Positions 46,531 to 59,891 of a stretch of DNA of 64,000 bases are shown here, piece after piece. The DNA lies in NCBI GenBank assembly GCA_964270895.1, contig OZ185436.1, one strand, 5' to 3'. Both the position numbers and the translations under genes were made by a program. This stretch comes from Podarcis filfolensis. Lineage: Eukaryota. Positions within the stretch are counted from its first letter, which is position 1. Each line of letters opens with the position of its first letter. The notes under the pieces are model-generated. The model was given only the letters and a program-made list of their open reading frames with translations, did no database searches and had not been told where the DNA came from.

Positions 46531-49005
46531 CTGGGGACAAGAGAAACAGGGTAATGATCAAATACATGGAGGATTTGCCAAAGAAGTGATCCAAGTCTTA
46601 CTCACCCCCACCCACAATGTGTCACAACAGCATTGTCCAGTAACTCCTAAAGGCATGGGATGAATGAGGAATACAGAGAGATAGGCCCACCACAGGTATA
46701 TCATTCAGAACTATACTTTACAGGCAAAACATCTGTAACAGGGCCCAGATGCCACTTTTTAAAAAGAAAGAAAGAAAATTACAGAAAATAAACTTCCTGA
46801 AAATGGGATTCAGAACCAAAAAGCAGTATAGGGGAGGGTTCTTAACCGTGTCCTTGTCTGCTTGTCTCTCTGTTTTACTTCCCTCCCCCAAGTGATTTCT
46901 CCCTGACCTGAGCAGAGTTCCAAACTTGGGTTGAGGTGTTGGCTTTAATCTTCCAGTTTAAATATTTTAGTGTTATTTACATGTGCTTAGGGCTTGGTTT
47001 ATGATTGTACATCACTTTTGAGACTTCTTACTAGAAAAGTAACTCATGAATATTTTAAACAAGCAAAAAAAATAAATAAATAAACATGAGTTTAGAATTC
47101 TCTGGTGGAGAAAAGCCACATGAGGGTGATTTGGAGCAGAAAAACAGCAAGCACAAAAAGTAGTACACATCCGCTTCCCTCCTCCGATGCTTATCTGCAG
47201 AATTGTGGGTTTTCCTTATCCCACATGTATTTCATTATTCAAGAACTGTCTACTTTCTCTACTTTGTTTTCAAGTAAGGCAGCCCTCAGTGCCTGCTCCA
47301 GACTGGACTGACACCAATTACCCTGAGGCAAATATCTTGTCTCAGAAGGATTTATATCCTCAAAACAAGTATATAATCTTTGTCCTGAAGCTGCATTTGT
47401 AAATGCACACTGTTCTCAGAGATAGATGCAGAGAGACAGATTGGCAATCACTCTGAAGTCTAATAAATTAAAATTTTCAGTGACTACTAGTCATGGAGGC
47501 TATATATTATTCAGAGGTCGAGTGCTTCAGAATATCATCTGCTAGGAGGCAAACAGCAGGAGAGAGCTATGGTGCTCATGCCCTGCTTGTGGGCTTCCCA
47601 TGGGCATCCGGTTGGCAACTGTGGGAACAGAATGCTGGACTAGATGGGCCTTTGGTATGATCCAGTATAGCTCTTCCTATGCTCTTGCCTATACACAGAA
47701 TTATAACCACCAGACCCCAAAAGCAAGAGAAGTATATAGTTGTGTTCATACTGAAACCTGTCTACAAGTGCCCTTTCTGGTTGACAGTTTTCCTGAAGAC
47801 TTTTTCTCCTTAGACTTCAAGAAAGGAGTTTCTCTACTTTAGCCAAAGCAGCAATTTTTATTCCCTTCTCAAGACCACATGATAGACCCCTTTCACAAAT
47901 CTCTCCTTAAGCTTTCTGATTGGGTCCACAGCTTCGTTTGATTGTTGCTATCTATTTGCTTCTGAAACCTCTTCAAACCCCAAGCATATTTCCCTTAAAC
48001 TTCCTGTACACCTCTGAATTCTGGTATATAGTTTCAGCTTCAGTTAAACAGGATGTGCATATCAAACATGCACTCCAGTCTTCTAGAGATTTGTTCCACT
48101 GCCTCCTTTTCATTTTCCGGCCAACAAGGCACTCCCACAGTTGCTGTTTCTCCCCAGTGAACCAATTAAGACCTGTATTTTCTTGTGCAATTAAAGCAAT
48201 CTAAACATACCCTTCCTATCCCCACCCCCTGCAAATTTAGGTAAGCAGGAGCATCCAAGATCAGTGGAGCTTGTATCCATGATAGTTGGACATGACCTTA
48301 CCCTTTACCCTCCAAGGTAGTTTCATGTTGTCTCTTAAGAATAAAAGTCGGTTACAGTTTGTGGTTTGTTTGGAGTGAGGCAAACCATGAGTCTGGGTTC
48401 AGATGATATGTGAAGCTAAACTTAGTGCACAGAAGTGCAGCAGTATGAGAACCAGAGGAGAAGCAAAGTTGCTGTGATCTGATTTCTGGGAACCCATATA
48501 TACATGCATTTATGCTAAGTCATGGTTTGCCTTAGCATTATGTGTGAACCAGATCAATAGGTTGGATCCCAATTAGTTGTACAGTACTTTAGCCCCACTG
48601 TAATCAGTGGAGCATTAGTCATGCTGTATATAAATACAACTGATCTCAACGGGAGTAAAGTGTGACTAACTTAAGTCTAGAGCCAACCTAATGTTTATCT
48701 TGACAAAATTGTAACATGGAGGGGGTGTGTGAAACCAATTAGTCACAAAACATCCAGGTACACACACAGCTAATGATCACATAACACAACCTCACATCTC
48801 ACTTAAGAGAATGCAGCTGCCAATATCAAAAGAAGTTAATTTTCCAGACTTCAGTTTACACTACAAGTCATATATCTTTAGTGTGAACAAATAATTGGCA
48901 AATTCCTCCTTCTATGAATGGATAATTTTAAAGATGATTTATCTAGCACCTGTCCTAAGATGGATAGCTTTGGACTCAAAGTATAATAAAAAAAACCCCA
49001 CTCAC

Positions 49006-49041
49006 CGGCTCTCCCTGTCCACCCTTCTCACCCCGATCACC
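49006..49041 (-). CDS. COL7A1: COL7A1 exon-74 equivalent (36 nt)
   Basis: GDRGEKGGQGEP. Confidence 0.95.
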
Positions 49042-49458
49042 CTGGAGAAAGAAAATGATGAGTTTTAGAAAGAACCACAAAACTGTTGCAGGAAAAGAAG
49101 TACTAATGAGCTATCCAGGAAATGTGAAAGCATGCATAGTTTTATTGCTGCTGTGCCATGAGTCTATTGTTAACACATGACTTTATTTTGGTTTAACTGT
49201 ATAACTTTTCATTGTTTTAAATAAACAAATAATCTGATGTTCAGACATGTTTCCCTCAGATAATCCCACTTAGGAGAACCTCTCTTGCTCTGCCTCTATC
49301 CAACTCATGCAATGACTATGAGGAAGTGATGGATTCGGAAACTGTGGTCACTGGAGGGATAGGCCAAGGTTACTTGGGGGCTTTTGAGCTCCTGGTCACA
49401 CTAGGTGCCTTCCCAGTTAATGGTGTCCCTTTCTGTTCCCACCTTTTGATATGCTCAC

Positions 49459-49659
49459 CTTTTCTCCAGGCCTCCCAGCCTCTCCAAGTTCTCCTGCCCG
49501 GCCTGGCACCCCTGGTATTCCAGGTTTCCCAGGCTCCCCTGGCTGGCCAGATGGTCCTTCTGGCCCCCGCTCTCCAATGGCACGCCCTGTTGGGCCTTGG
49601 GGGCCTTGGTCTCCTTTGTCTCCCTTTTGGCCTCTTTCTCCAGGGAAGCCTATGAGCCC
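49459..49659 (-). CDS. COL7A1: COL7A1 exon-73 equivalent (201 nt)
   Basis: [67 protein letters not shown]; same length as human exon 73. Confidence 0.97.
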
Positions 49660-50096
49660 CTGTAAAAAAACACAGAGCATCATCCAGCGGGCCTCAGACC
49701 AGCTTTTTCTACAAAAGGAAGCTCAGAAATTTCTATGAGCAAAGTGCCTCTGCAAATGCTTTTCATCATGGAGACTGGTAACTCCAACAGGATGGATCCC
49801 TCCACAAGGAGCTTTGAACCAGGTCACAGCAGCTACAGCTGCTATTAACCTCCCATGTCAAATAATCAGATTCTGGACATTAAAGCTGAATTTTGGGTAC
49901 TTCTAGCTCCACTATATCCTTCAGTTCCGAAAGGGCATTCCTGATAGTGGCGCCACCACTGCGGAATACTCCCCTCCCCTGAAGTTGGACTAGCACCAAT
50001 AGTGAACAGCTTTTGGCACCGAGTGAAATTTTTTTTGCTCCATCAGACCTTTGCATGAACATCAGAGCACGATAGCTAGGGAACTGTAAACCTCAC

Positions 50097-50228
50097 CTCT
50101 CTGCCTGCTGGCCCTCTCTCTCCTGGATCCCCTCTGTCACCCTTCGTGCCTTTCAAGCGGACAGGGGCGGGCAAGAATTGATCAGAACTCCCTTCAAAGG
50201 CACCAGTGATTTCCCGCAGTAAGGAAAT
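50097..50228 (-). CDS. COL7A1: COL7A1 exon-72 equivalent (132 nt, hinge)
   Basis: ISLLREITGAFEGSSDQFLPAPVRLKGTKGDRGDPGERGPAGRE. Confidence 0.95.
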
Positions 50229-50770
50229 CTGTAAAGGAAGGAGGGAGAGTTGAGTTTGTCTGCTAAGGAAATGAAAAGAGGCAGAATTGGTCCACCACAA
50301 ACCTTTAAGCACAAACCTCAACAGCATGATCTCCACACACACCCAATTTCCAGACCATCCCTTCCTCCATCTGGAGCAAAAGGCAAACTTAATACATGCC
50401 CTGCCCTGTGTGCCGGACCAATGATAACTTGAGAGAGCCCTATGGTCATCATGGAGGGCATGAAGCTGAACCACCAGAGGCAACATCAGCATGGATGCTA
50501 AAAGCACCCAAAAAATAACATTCGGGGCAGCAGAGTAGAAAGTACACCAGCATTACTTCTAGTTTACTTCCTCCTTAGGCCAGCACCAGCTGCAGGCCCT
50601 CCTAGAGGAATTCCTTGGTGATGGAGATCAAAGGACAGTGGGCCACAGCAGCTCCCTCCACCATCCCTGCAGCCTGTGCTGATGCTGTACCAAGTACCTG
50701 CATCAGAAACCTTAAGGTATACTGTAAGATGCATCCGAGAACCTTCATTTGTTTATGATGTTCATGATGT

Positions 50771-51056
50771 ATAGGAACCTTAAAAAAGCCTGTTAGATCA
50801 GACCAACGGCCCATCTGGTCCAGCAACCTGTTTTCACAGTGGCCGACCAGATGCCTTTGGGAAACCAGCAGCAAGCAGGATTCAAGCACAACAGCACTTT
50901 CTCCTCCTGTGGTTTCCAGCACCTGGTATTCAGAAGCATTGCTGCCTCCAACTGTAGACGCCGAGCATATCCATTACGGCTTGTAGCCCTCTCCACCATG
51001 AATTAGTCTAATCCTCTTTTAAAACCATCCAAGTTGGTGACCATCACTGCCTCCTA
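50771..51056 (-). mobile_element. CR1-group LINE 3' fragment
   Basis: Longer reverse-complement homolog of 10498-10656. Confidence 0.75.
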
Positions 51057-51266
51057 AGTGAACCCTAAGTAAGATGGTCCTTAAGGTACCATGGTGCTAA
51101 TTCTTTAAGGGCTTTAAAGCTTAATTCTAGCACTTTGGACAGAGCCTAGAAACGTTTCCCTTCATCTGCCTAGTTATTCACCAGAAAGAACCAGGTCCCA
51201 CGATGGATGTACACTGGAAAGGATAACCTGGGAGGCAAAATGGCAGATGAGGCTGCCAACTCATAC

Positions 51267-51302
51267 CTTAATTCCACTCGCTTCTAAGACACGTTCAACA
51301 TT
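51267..51302 (-). CDS. COL7A1: COL7A1 exon-71 equivalent (36 nt, hinge)
   Basis: NVERVLEASGIK (human, as recalled: NVDRLLETAGIK). Confidence 0.94.
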
Positions 51303-52151
51303 CTAGACAAAAGGAGGAGGAAACCCATTAGCAAAAAAAAGTAGGCAGGGGGAGATAAATTACAAACAAATATCAAACTCTCTACTCCTTGCTTTGAGGG
51401 TTCTGGCCGCCCTCCTGTATTCCTTGTTGTCAGGGAATCTTGCTGCTCCCTATGGTGATCAGCTCTATACTGTATTGTGACATCACAATACAGCACAACT
51501 GAACCATCAAGAAGTCAGAGCAACATCACAGAGCTAGGTGAGTCCATACCTGATAGATCCCTCTGATGCCGTGCCTATATATAAGCTGCTCTCTGCAGAA
51601 GGGAACTCCCAACTGGAGACACACAAAGGAAGCTATACCAGCAGATGGTTGTCTTAGGGCAGGATTCCCACTGAGACAGTTCTATATTTCACCAGTTTGT
51701 TGCTGGACAAGTTCCCTAGCTTCCATTACTAATAAATTTTTACACATGTGAGTTTCTTTTCCAAGTAGTGCTCCAGAGAAACACACCAGAATACTCCAGT
51801 TATGGGAATGAGGTTATGGGAATGAGGAGGCACAGTAATGCCATATAATTGAGAAAACAAAAACCATCTCTTATACATTGTCAGGAACATCCATCAGTCC
51901 CCCCTCCGATCCACCAGTGGGAACCCAGACCACAGTGTGCCACAAGTGGAAAGCAGAGGTACTGCAGAAAGGTACCTACAGAGCAAATACTTCCCTCCAT
52001 GACTCAAGCCACAAGGCATATTTGGGAGAAGGCAAACACCACCACACCCTCTCCCAGGGTCTATAGTTAATTTAAACAGAGAGCAAATCTGTACATGTGT
52101 CATGTCCCCCCACCAGACCCTCAAGGTGAAAGAGCATGTCTGTTAACTCAC

Positions 52152-52199
52152 CGGTGTTGTTCCAGGTTCACCTCTAAGCCCAGCTTCCCCTGGTCTTCC
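52152..52199 (-). CDS. COL7A1: COL7A1 exon-70 equivalent (48 nt)
   Basis: GRPGEAGLRGEPGTTP. Confidence 0.95.
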
Positions 52200-52742
52200 C
52201 TGTAAGTGATGGGGTGGTGGGGGAGAGAGAGAAGGAAAACCAAATAAGGCTCATTGTGTATAGCTATAGTACTCAATAAGTGTGCATTGTACACCATGTA
52301 ACAGCCCCCATCAATGGTCATTAGACTGCATTTCATGTGGGCAGAAGCCTCTGGTGTGTTGCGCATGACAATACCCCCATTAATATGCATCGCTGCATGA
52401 TATGCCAAAGGGCCTCATGTAGCCCAGTGCAGACTGGGGATGGTCTAGAACCCAAGTGATCTGCCAATAAGATTCCTTTAAGTCCTGGTTCCAATGTGCT
52501 TTGAGTCCTTTGAAAATCTACTCTTTCTCAAAGTGGGATGCATATATATTATCACAGTTTTACATGACAAAAGGAAAAGTGATTGCTGTGGCAGGTGGAA
52601 CTCACTGCAAACTGCAGCTAATAATAAAACAGGGATTCCACAAGACTGAGTCAACGACCCCTCTGTAAGGGGCTCCAACACTTGGGGCCACAATGTCATT
52701 CTAATTTTTTTCAGGTGCTTTGTGGCTTTAAGAGATACCCAC

Positions 52743-52778
52743 CTGATCACCTTTGGATCCGGGCTCCCCTCTGTCTCC
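52743..52778 (-). CDS. COL7A1: COL7A1 exon-69 equivalent (36 nt)
   Basis: GDRGEPGSKGDQ. Confidence 0.95.
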
Positions 52779-53195
52779 CTGAAACACAATGCACACAAGG
52801 GGTTAGTGCTGAAGAGAGAAATTCATTTCTGACTAAGGGTGCACAATACGGTAGATCTCTGGCTCTACATATAGGGTACTTTGGGTCTAGGGGCCTGGAG
52901 TTATGGAACATGGATTGTGGCACACAGGGCAATATATCCTGCTACTGCCAGTAGGGATTCAGATATGCAGAGAACTCCAGTCCACAGCATGCCTCCTTTG
53001 CAGCTACCTCGTTTATTTTCTGGCCATAAGCTCATCTGATGAGAGTGGCCATAGGAGGATGCCCCATACTTTCAAGGCTGAGTTTTCAAATCCCAGAGAG
53101 AGTTCAGCCGACACGGAGGCAGGTTTGCAATGTGAAAGCTATATTTTCTTACTCCGTCAAACTGCGTGCAAGCTGAAGCAGAAGGCTTTGCTTAC

Positions 53196-53231
53196 CTTTT
53201 GTCCTGAAATCCCTGGGAGGCCTGGCATGCT
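53196..53231 (-). CDS. COL7A1: COL7A1 exon-68 equivalent (36 nt)
   Basis: SMPGLPGISGQK. Confidence 0.93.
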
Positions 53232-53927
53232 CTGAAAACGGCAAGACAGTGGTGAGCAAAACAGCAACTAAGCAAGGACACTCAACACAAATGAATCCTT
53301 AACCACATGGGCTCTGCCGGGACTCCCAGTATAAGGGATACCAGGGTTGGGGGCTGCACAGTCATGTGTGTGTATGCTCACGTATGCAAATACAGACAAC
53401 TTTTCCCATTCTCTCTCTTACACACATTTTACTCTCCAGCCAACAGAGCCAAGACTGCTGTGTGCAGTGACCTTGGCTGTTATCCTGGGGGGAGGGGGAG
53501 CTTCCTCCCCAGCACTTCTAGTGAGCTATTAGGAGTGCAGGGACAGAATTCTTGACTGTATGAGGAACTTAAAAAGACTTCCAACCCCTGTGTTCCCGAG
53601 GGACAAAAATCCCTATCCAGTGGAATGTGGCCTTGACTGAATCAAGCGTGCCAGGGTGGGGGAAGTTGAAGCCTCTCCCCCAAACCTCCCAATGTCTGAC
53701 CAGCTAGGCAGTGAGGCGAAGTGGGCAAGGTTCCCCAGGACTTTGAAGCAGTGGTGCCCATTGGGACTGGTAGGGCAGAAGGCAGAGAGACCAACTGTGA
53801 CTTGCCTTTCACACTAAACAGCACTAATTCTGCTCTTGGTTCAGCATCCTGGGAGAGTCCGCCCTTTTCTGCTGGTGAAGTTGGCAAAAATAATGTGGTG
53901 CTTATTATGCATGAGGAGGCTACTCAC

Positions 53928-54032
53928 CTGGCCTGGAGGACCAACTTGCCCTGGCATGCCAGGAATACCCGGTGGCCCTGGGGGGCCTGAAGGCCCAATG
54001 GTCCCTCGCTCTCCTTTCACACCTTCACGACC
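53928..54032 (-). CDS. COL7A1: COL7A1 exon-67 equivalent (105 nt)
   Basis: GREGVKGERGTIGPSGPPGPPGIPGMPGQVGPPGQ. Confidence 0.96.
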
Positions 54033-55429
54033 CTGCCAGCAGAGAACATATGCAGTGACACGTAATACAGAAGAGGGTGCCTTAAACAGAGTCCATCTGG
54101 CTTTTCCTGACTGGCAGTGGCTTCGCAGGTTTCTCAGCCCTGCTGCCTGAGGCCCTTTTAAGCTCATTGGGGCTGGGGATTCACCGGGGATCCTTTATTT
54201 ATTTACTATTATCATCATCAACAATCTCACTGATTAATTTCTTCTCATGAGGCATCCAATAGCAATTTACTACACACACACATATATTGTGCTTTTCTTG
54301 GGGGGAGGGTGAATGAGTTGCATCAGTACTCGTATATTGATTGAAGTGCCATGGGTGTCAGCACAAAATGGCTGCCAGGGGCAGCAAAAAAAGAGGTACT
54401 GGTACTTCATATTGTAGAGTACGTTGCCAAAAAAGGGAGAAAAGCCCAATGTTTGCATATTTTACACACACACAATTTTTTAAAAAAGAAAACGAAGCTC
54501 TAGTAATTAACTACAGCTTCCCCTCAGTAATTTTCTAGTACTCTCTCTAATCTGCACTGCTTGACAGCCTGTATTCCTTCAGAACGTAAGAACCCTCCTG
54601 GAGCAAGCCCAAGACCATAGCTGTCAATGTTTCCCTTTTTTAACAGGAAATTCCCTTATTCCGAATGGGATTCCTTGCAAGAAAAGGGAAAAGTTGACAG
54701 CTATGCCCAAGACCCATTTAGTCCAGAGTAGCAAACAGATGCCTGGGGGAAGCCTGCAAGCAGAGTCCAAGTGCGACCTAACTCTCCCCATATGTAATTC
54801 CCAGCAACTGGGGTTCTGAGGCAGACTGCTTCTGGCAGTGGAGGTAAAACCTCTGAATGCCAGTGCCTCCAAATACCTGTCTAAAGGTCCCAGAAACCCT
54901 GTAGTTTCTAATGATTCCTTTTTAGGTCCCCCCCCCCCCCGCCAAATCTGGAAGATGTAGCTATATCCTCAGGGTCAGGTTGTGCCTCAAACTCAGATAG
55001 CATCTTAAATAAAAAATATCGGTCAGGTCACAGTGACATGAAAAGCAGTGAGTTTTGAGCAATAGAGAAGCTGAGGCTGACAATCCCACCCAATGCCCAG
55101 CTGCAGTCACAGGGCTTTTTCTATACTGTCAGTGTGTAAAGAATAAGCACATGAACAAACAGAGGCTTAAGTATTGCATGGGGAGGAATTCAACATTGCG
55201 CTGCTATGATTGTTCAGTCACCACGAGCATTTCTGCTTGCTAGATAGAATAATCTCCCTGTGATGCCCCCAAGTTGTCTTCTCTCAATCTCCTAAAAGTG
55301 ATTTGGTGGGAGAAGGGTGCACACAGGAAGGAAAGCCCCATTGCGCTATTGGGACTCGGGGTGATGCCTCCCAGTAGTGCAACTTTTTAATTGAATCGGG
55401 CCCATGGGATTCAGACACCTTCCCCCAAT

Positions 55430-55865
55430 AATATTGTTATCATTGTTGTTATCATTTAAATTTGTGTACCACCCTTCATCCAAAGATCCCAGCGCAGTTT
55501 ACAACAGAAAAATACAATGTGAGAACACAAAATACATAATAAAACAGACACAAACCAATAATTCCTCTTCCACAAATACATTTTAAAAAGCCACAGAATG
55601 TTAATCAGCCAAAGGCCTGTTTGAAGAGCGACATTTTCACCTGGTGCCTCAAAGTGAATAAGGAAGGTGCCAGGTGAGCCTCCCTGTGGAGAGAATTCCA
55701 CACGTGGGGAGCTACCACAGGAAAGGCCCGTTCTCATGTTGTCACCCTCCAGAACTAGCATGGGGGAGGCACACAAAGAAGTGCCTCAGGTGATGATCAC
55801 ATGATCCGGGTGGGTTCACATGGAGAGAGGTGGTCCTTGAGGGCACTGCGTTCCTGAGCTCTTTA
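55430..55865 (-). mobile_element. L2-type LINE 3' fragment
   Basis: (AT-rich)n tail then ATTTGTGTACCACCCTTCATCC; upstream region resembles the reverse complement of LINE ORF2 C-terminus (GAATTCCAC...GCTACCACAGGAAAGGCCC). Confidence 0.65.
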
Positions 55866-56310
55866 TGGGAGATCTACCCAGCATGCAAAGCATATTGTTC
55901 ATTTATTGCTGGGAAAATACAATTGCATTTTGTAGTTGGCAGCACTGCCTGTGATCTAGTTGCCCAAGAGTCACAGGCACCTAATGGATACTGCTAGCTG
56001 AGGTGGAGATACCGACAAACTTGTTTTATGCTTATGATAATATTTTATCCTCTTGTTAATTATGTTGTTTTAAATGTACATTTTATATTTGACTTCCTTT
56101 AAGTAATGTTTTCTTTTGAAATGTTTAATGTTTTAATTACGCTGCTTGGAATATATACTTCATATTTGACATTCTTCAGTAATGTTTTATGTGGTGTTTT
56201 AATGTGCCGTAACCTGATGTGAGATTCTTTTCTTTAAAATATAAAGTTGTTTGGGAATAATAATAATTATAATAATAATAATACCACCTTTCAAAGGCAT
56301 CGGTACTTAC

Positions 56311-56346
56311 ATCCCGGCCGGACGCTCCAGCTTCACCTTTGTCCCC
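56311..56346 (-). CDS. COL7A1: COL7A1 exon-66 equivalent (36 nt)
   Basis: GDKGEAGASGRD. Confidence 0.95.
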
Positions 56347-56940
56347 CTGAACAGGAAAAATGAAAACAAGATTTTATCATTAAAATCAACATTGTGCAGT
56401 ACAGAGAGGGTTAAGCCATGCCTTCCCACTCTTGTATTCCTTAAACAGAGAGGTCCAAGCTTCCTTGGATCCCTACACCTAGTAGCAGTCCAGGTAGTGG
56501 AGAGTTGCTGCACTCTCCAGACTAGTATCCCTGCAGCACACCTTGGGCAGGGCTGGGGTGGTGGCAAGGTCAGGGTTGTGGTGGGAGTGCCAGATTGCCT
56601 CTGCCCATGTATCTGTACTGTCCCAACCTCGCTGCCAACCTGCCTTGCTTCAGCCCAGTCCAGGTAAGCTGCAGCAACACCAGTGTTGGAAGGGCAGCTC
56701 TGCCCCACCGCATCGGCGGCTGCTGCCTTACACTCATCACTGCACAGCTCATTGACACTCTTAATGTAAAGTGGCTGCTATGAGCTACAGCAGGATAGTG
56801 GTCATGCTGGAAATAATGGTACCTCTGATGAGGGGTTTGTTTCATCATAAAGCCCACCCTGCTTTCTGATAGGCTGCAAGTAGGCTGGCTATCAGGAGGA
56901 GGTTTGGCTAACATACTAGGAAAACATATAGGGCATTTAC

Positions 56941-56976
56941 CTTCCTCCCATCTTCTCCTGGAGTCCCATCTTCACC
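56941..56976 (-). CDS. COL7A1: COL7A1 exon-65 equivalent (36 nt)
   Basis: GEDGTPGEDGRK. Confidence 0.95.
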
Positions 56977-57180
56977 CTGGAAAATAAAATGTCACATCTA
57001 TGTTACTGCTCCAAGGTCTGCTTAGATACCAACCGCTCTGATCTTCCCATTTGCTGCAATATCTGATAAAAAGTGCTCTTTCAGTCTCCCACACTTCCAC
57101 CCCACCAATACAATCCCTTGCCTGTCAGGCCTGAAGCCCCACTTCTCCAGCAGGGGGTGGGGGTCAGGCCCATCACTCAC

Positions 57181-57225
57181 ATTCTTCCCATTCAGCCCAG
57201 GTTTGCCGTCATCGCCAGGCTTGCC
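57181..57225 (-). CDS. COL7A1: COL7A1 exon-64 equivalent (45 nt)
   Basis: GKPGDDGKPGLNGKN. Confidence 0.96.
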
Positions 57226-58003
57226 CTGGAAAAGAAATGCAAGTTGTGAGCCAGGAGAAGGAACCGAGACACTGAACTGCCCAAGATCACCGTAAACAAA
57301 CCGGGATTTGAAACTGCATCAACCGAGCACAAGATCATCCTTCTTTCTTTCTACCCTGGCTTTCATCCTTCAGTGAAAAAATATTTAAACATAACAATTT
57401 CAAAAGGAGGAAGAGGCAAGGGAGACCTTTCCAGGAGATGTTAAAACGTCCCAGTTTCTGTACGGGCCATGCTGCTCAGAGAATTGCATTTCAAGGCTGC
57501 GATTACACGATGTAAAACTGTGGGTTGGCCAAATGTTGGCTGGTAGGGTTGATGTGCTATCGACCAATGCAATCTGCACTGCAGCCTGTGCAGATACATA
57601 ACAGAGGCAATCTAGTACTATTATGCTGCAGAAGGTTGCATTCAACCCAAAGCAATGCCAGGGTCGTCTGAAAGCACACCTTTCCTCCTTTCAGAAGAAC
57701 TACGCACTTCCATCACCTGCCTCTTGGGAGTGCCCAGGTGCACGTCCAGTCTTAAATGTACCACCCATTGACTGTCCTTACAAACAGCAAAGCTGTTTCT
57801 CTTTGATCGTCCTGCAAACTCACTATTCCTCTTATCAAATCATGTAAAATTGACATTCAGGTTGGGACACAGAAGAAGAGCAACTTCATAACAAGAGTCA
57901 CTACAGGGAAGTATGATGTTGGGTGTGTATTATCAGGGATCAGCTTCACGATACTATCAGTGGGTGCAGAATACCATCCTTCATGCTTAAGCACATTACT
58001 CAC

Positions 58004-58075
58004 AGGCAATCCTGGAGGTCCTGGGGGGCCACTTGCTCCAGGAGGACCCTGCTCGCCACGCAGACCTGCGAGACC
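58004..58075 (-). CDS. COL7A1: COL7A1 exon-63 equivalent (72 nt)
   Basis: GLAGLRGEQGPPGASGPPGPPGLP. Confidence 0.96.
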
Positions 58076-58480
58076 CTGCAAAAAGAGGGGGGGAGGCAAA
58101 GAGGTGAGAAGTAGACCCCTGTTAGTCTGCAAAGCAGAAGAGAGACCCAACTCTTCATAAGATACTTAGTAGCTGAGATTAAGAAATCTCTCACAGTGTG
58201 GAAAGAGAATGCCAAGCACCCTTTAGGATGGGTAAGACAATGGGACTCTATACAGACTGCACTATGATCAGCAAGAGGAAAATTAAAATAGAGCAGGGTT
58301 TTCTGTAGTCCCCGAAGACCACACTAAGGTGCTTAAGTGTTAATCACTGACAAGAAGAAAGGCCAGGAGCTTTGCTCAAGCAGACTAAGGAAATGGAGAA
58401 ACAGTAAATGATGGACTTGCTGTAAGATTTCAGCTTCTAAGTAGCACCTCACTTTTGAAACAGGATTGCAAGAGAAAGTA

Positions 58481-58722
58481 CAGTGGTACCTCGGGTTACA
58501 TACGCTTCAGCTTACATACGCTTCAGGTTACAGACTCTGCTAACCCAGAAATATTACCTCGGGTTGAGAACTTTGCTTCAGGATAAGAACAGAAATCGTG
58601 CTCCAGCGGCGCAGCAGCAGCAGGAGGCCCCATTAGCTAAAGTGGTGCTTCAGGTTAAGAACAGTTTCAGGTTAAGAACGAACCTCCAGAACGAATTAAG
58701 TACTTAACCCGAGGTACCACTG
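58481..58722. mobile_element. Tc1/mariner (Tigger-like) MITE, 242 bp
   Basis: Perfect 18-bp TIR CAGTGGTACCTCGGGTTA; TA target duplication at 58479-58480 and 58723-58724. Confidence 0.93.
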
Positions 58723-58777
58723 TATCAGCATTTGAGCTCAAAACTCACATAGCCTGATGTGAGGTACCCATACTTAC

Positions 58778-58813
58778 ATCTCTGCCAGGATCTCCCTGCT
58801 TCCCAGGATCACC
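58778..58813 (-). CDS. COL7A1: COL7A1 exon-62 equivalent (36 nt)
   Basis: GDPGKQGDPGRD; acceptor is a C homopolymer plus AG. Confidence 0.95.
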
Positions 58814-59616
58814 CTGGGGGGGGGGGGGGAAATAAGACGTGGATGTGATTGAGAGCCAAGCATACAGCAAACTTAGAATCTAGTGTGCAGGAGATGCAAC
58901 ACCATTTTATTTATTTATTTCATCTCTAAGATGGTAAGATACTTTAAACAAGCCCCAGAGGCAGGTATAATCACATCATTGTTATTTTATTTGCAACAGC
59001 TAATATTTATTGGTACCCGACCCCTGACCCCCCCACCCCAATTTCTCTACACACAGTGCTGGAGAGGCAAAAAGTCTGTTTTTTTCACAGAAACATCTCT
59101 CTTCTTACATTTAAAGTCAGGTCTGGTTCTAGAGCAAAACAAGAGGTTCATTTAGGAGTCTATAAGAACACATTTACTACTTGGACAAATGTGTTTAATT
59201 CCCTTTTTAAGGTGACACAATGTGATCCAATTAAAACTAAATTAGGCTTGTTAATGAGTGTACAAGCTTTCACATTACAAAGCTCTCATCACTAGTCAGA
59301 ATCACATTCCGCCTAATGAAGACTGCTGTGAAAGTCAAAAGTTTTCTCCTGCACCAACTAATCTGGCCCAATAAACACTCTGAGGACTTCTTCTAATTTG
59401 GGGCCAAAAGATCAACCTCCATCAACCCAGCTTCCATATTACAGACATATTGCTAAGGCAGACAGCAAATGCTACAAAATGGCTGCCTGTCCTAATCACT
59501 CTGTGTATGGTCTTTAGAGCAGCTCACAGGACAGCTGACTGTGCTGACAATGACACAGTACCACTGTGGCTTAGCTATACCTGCAAATTGTATCTTTTAC
59601 CAAGCATTACACTTAC

Positions 59617-59697
59617 CCTTGGGCCTGCAGGTCCTGTTTGACCAGGCTTCCCATCTAACCCATTCCGGCCATCTTGCCCTGGAGGGCCTCGGTCACC
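59617..59697 (-). CDS. COL7A1: COL7A1 exon-61 equivalent (81 nt)
   Basis: GDRGPPGQDGRNGLDGKPGQTGPAGPR. Confidence 0.96.
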
Positions 59698-59891
59698 CTG
59701 GAGGAGAATTAAATGAGAGTGAGTGCCCAGTGTTCTGGACCACAGTGCTCTGGAAGGTGGTAAGCAGGAAGAATGGGAGCTGTGGGAAAAGTTTTCTATG
59801 CTCTGGATCTTTGGAAAACCTTTAGCCCATGGGCTTAATTGTGCAAGCCATGCCCATCTGTCAGTCACCTGACATTACACATGAAGCTCTG

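Noticed and set aside
54624-54680. GIPFGIREFPVKKGKH as a collagen exon
   Set aside because: Weak AAG acceptor, no Gly-X-Y repeat, runs into a stop; flanking exons 66 and 67 already join in frame.
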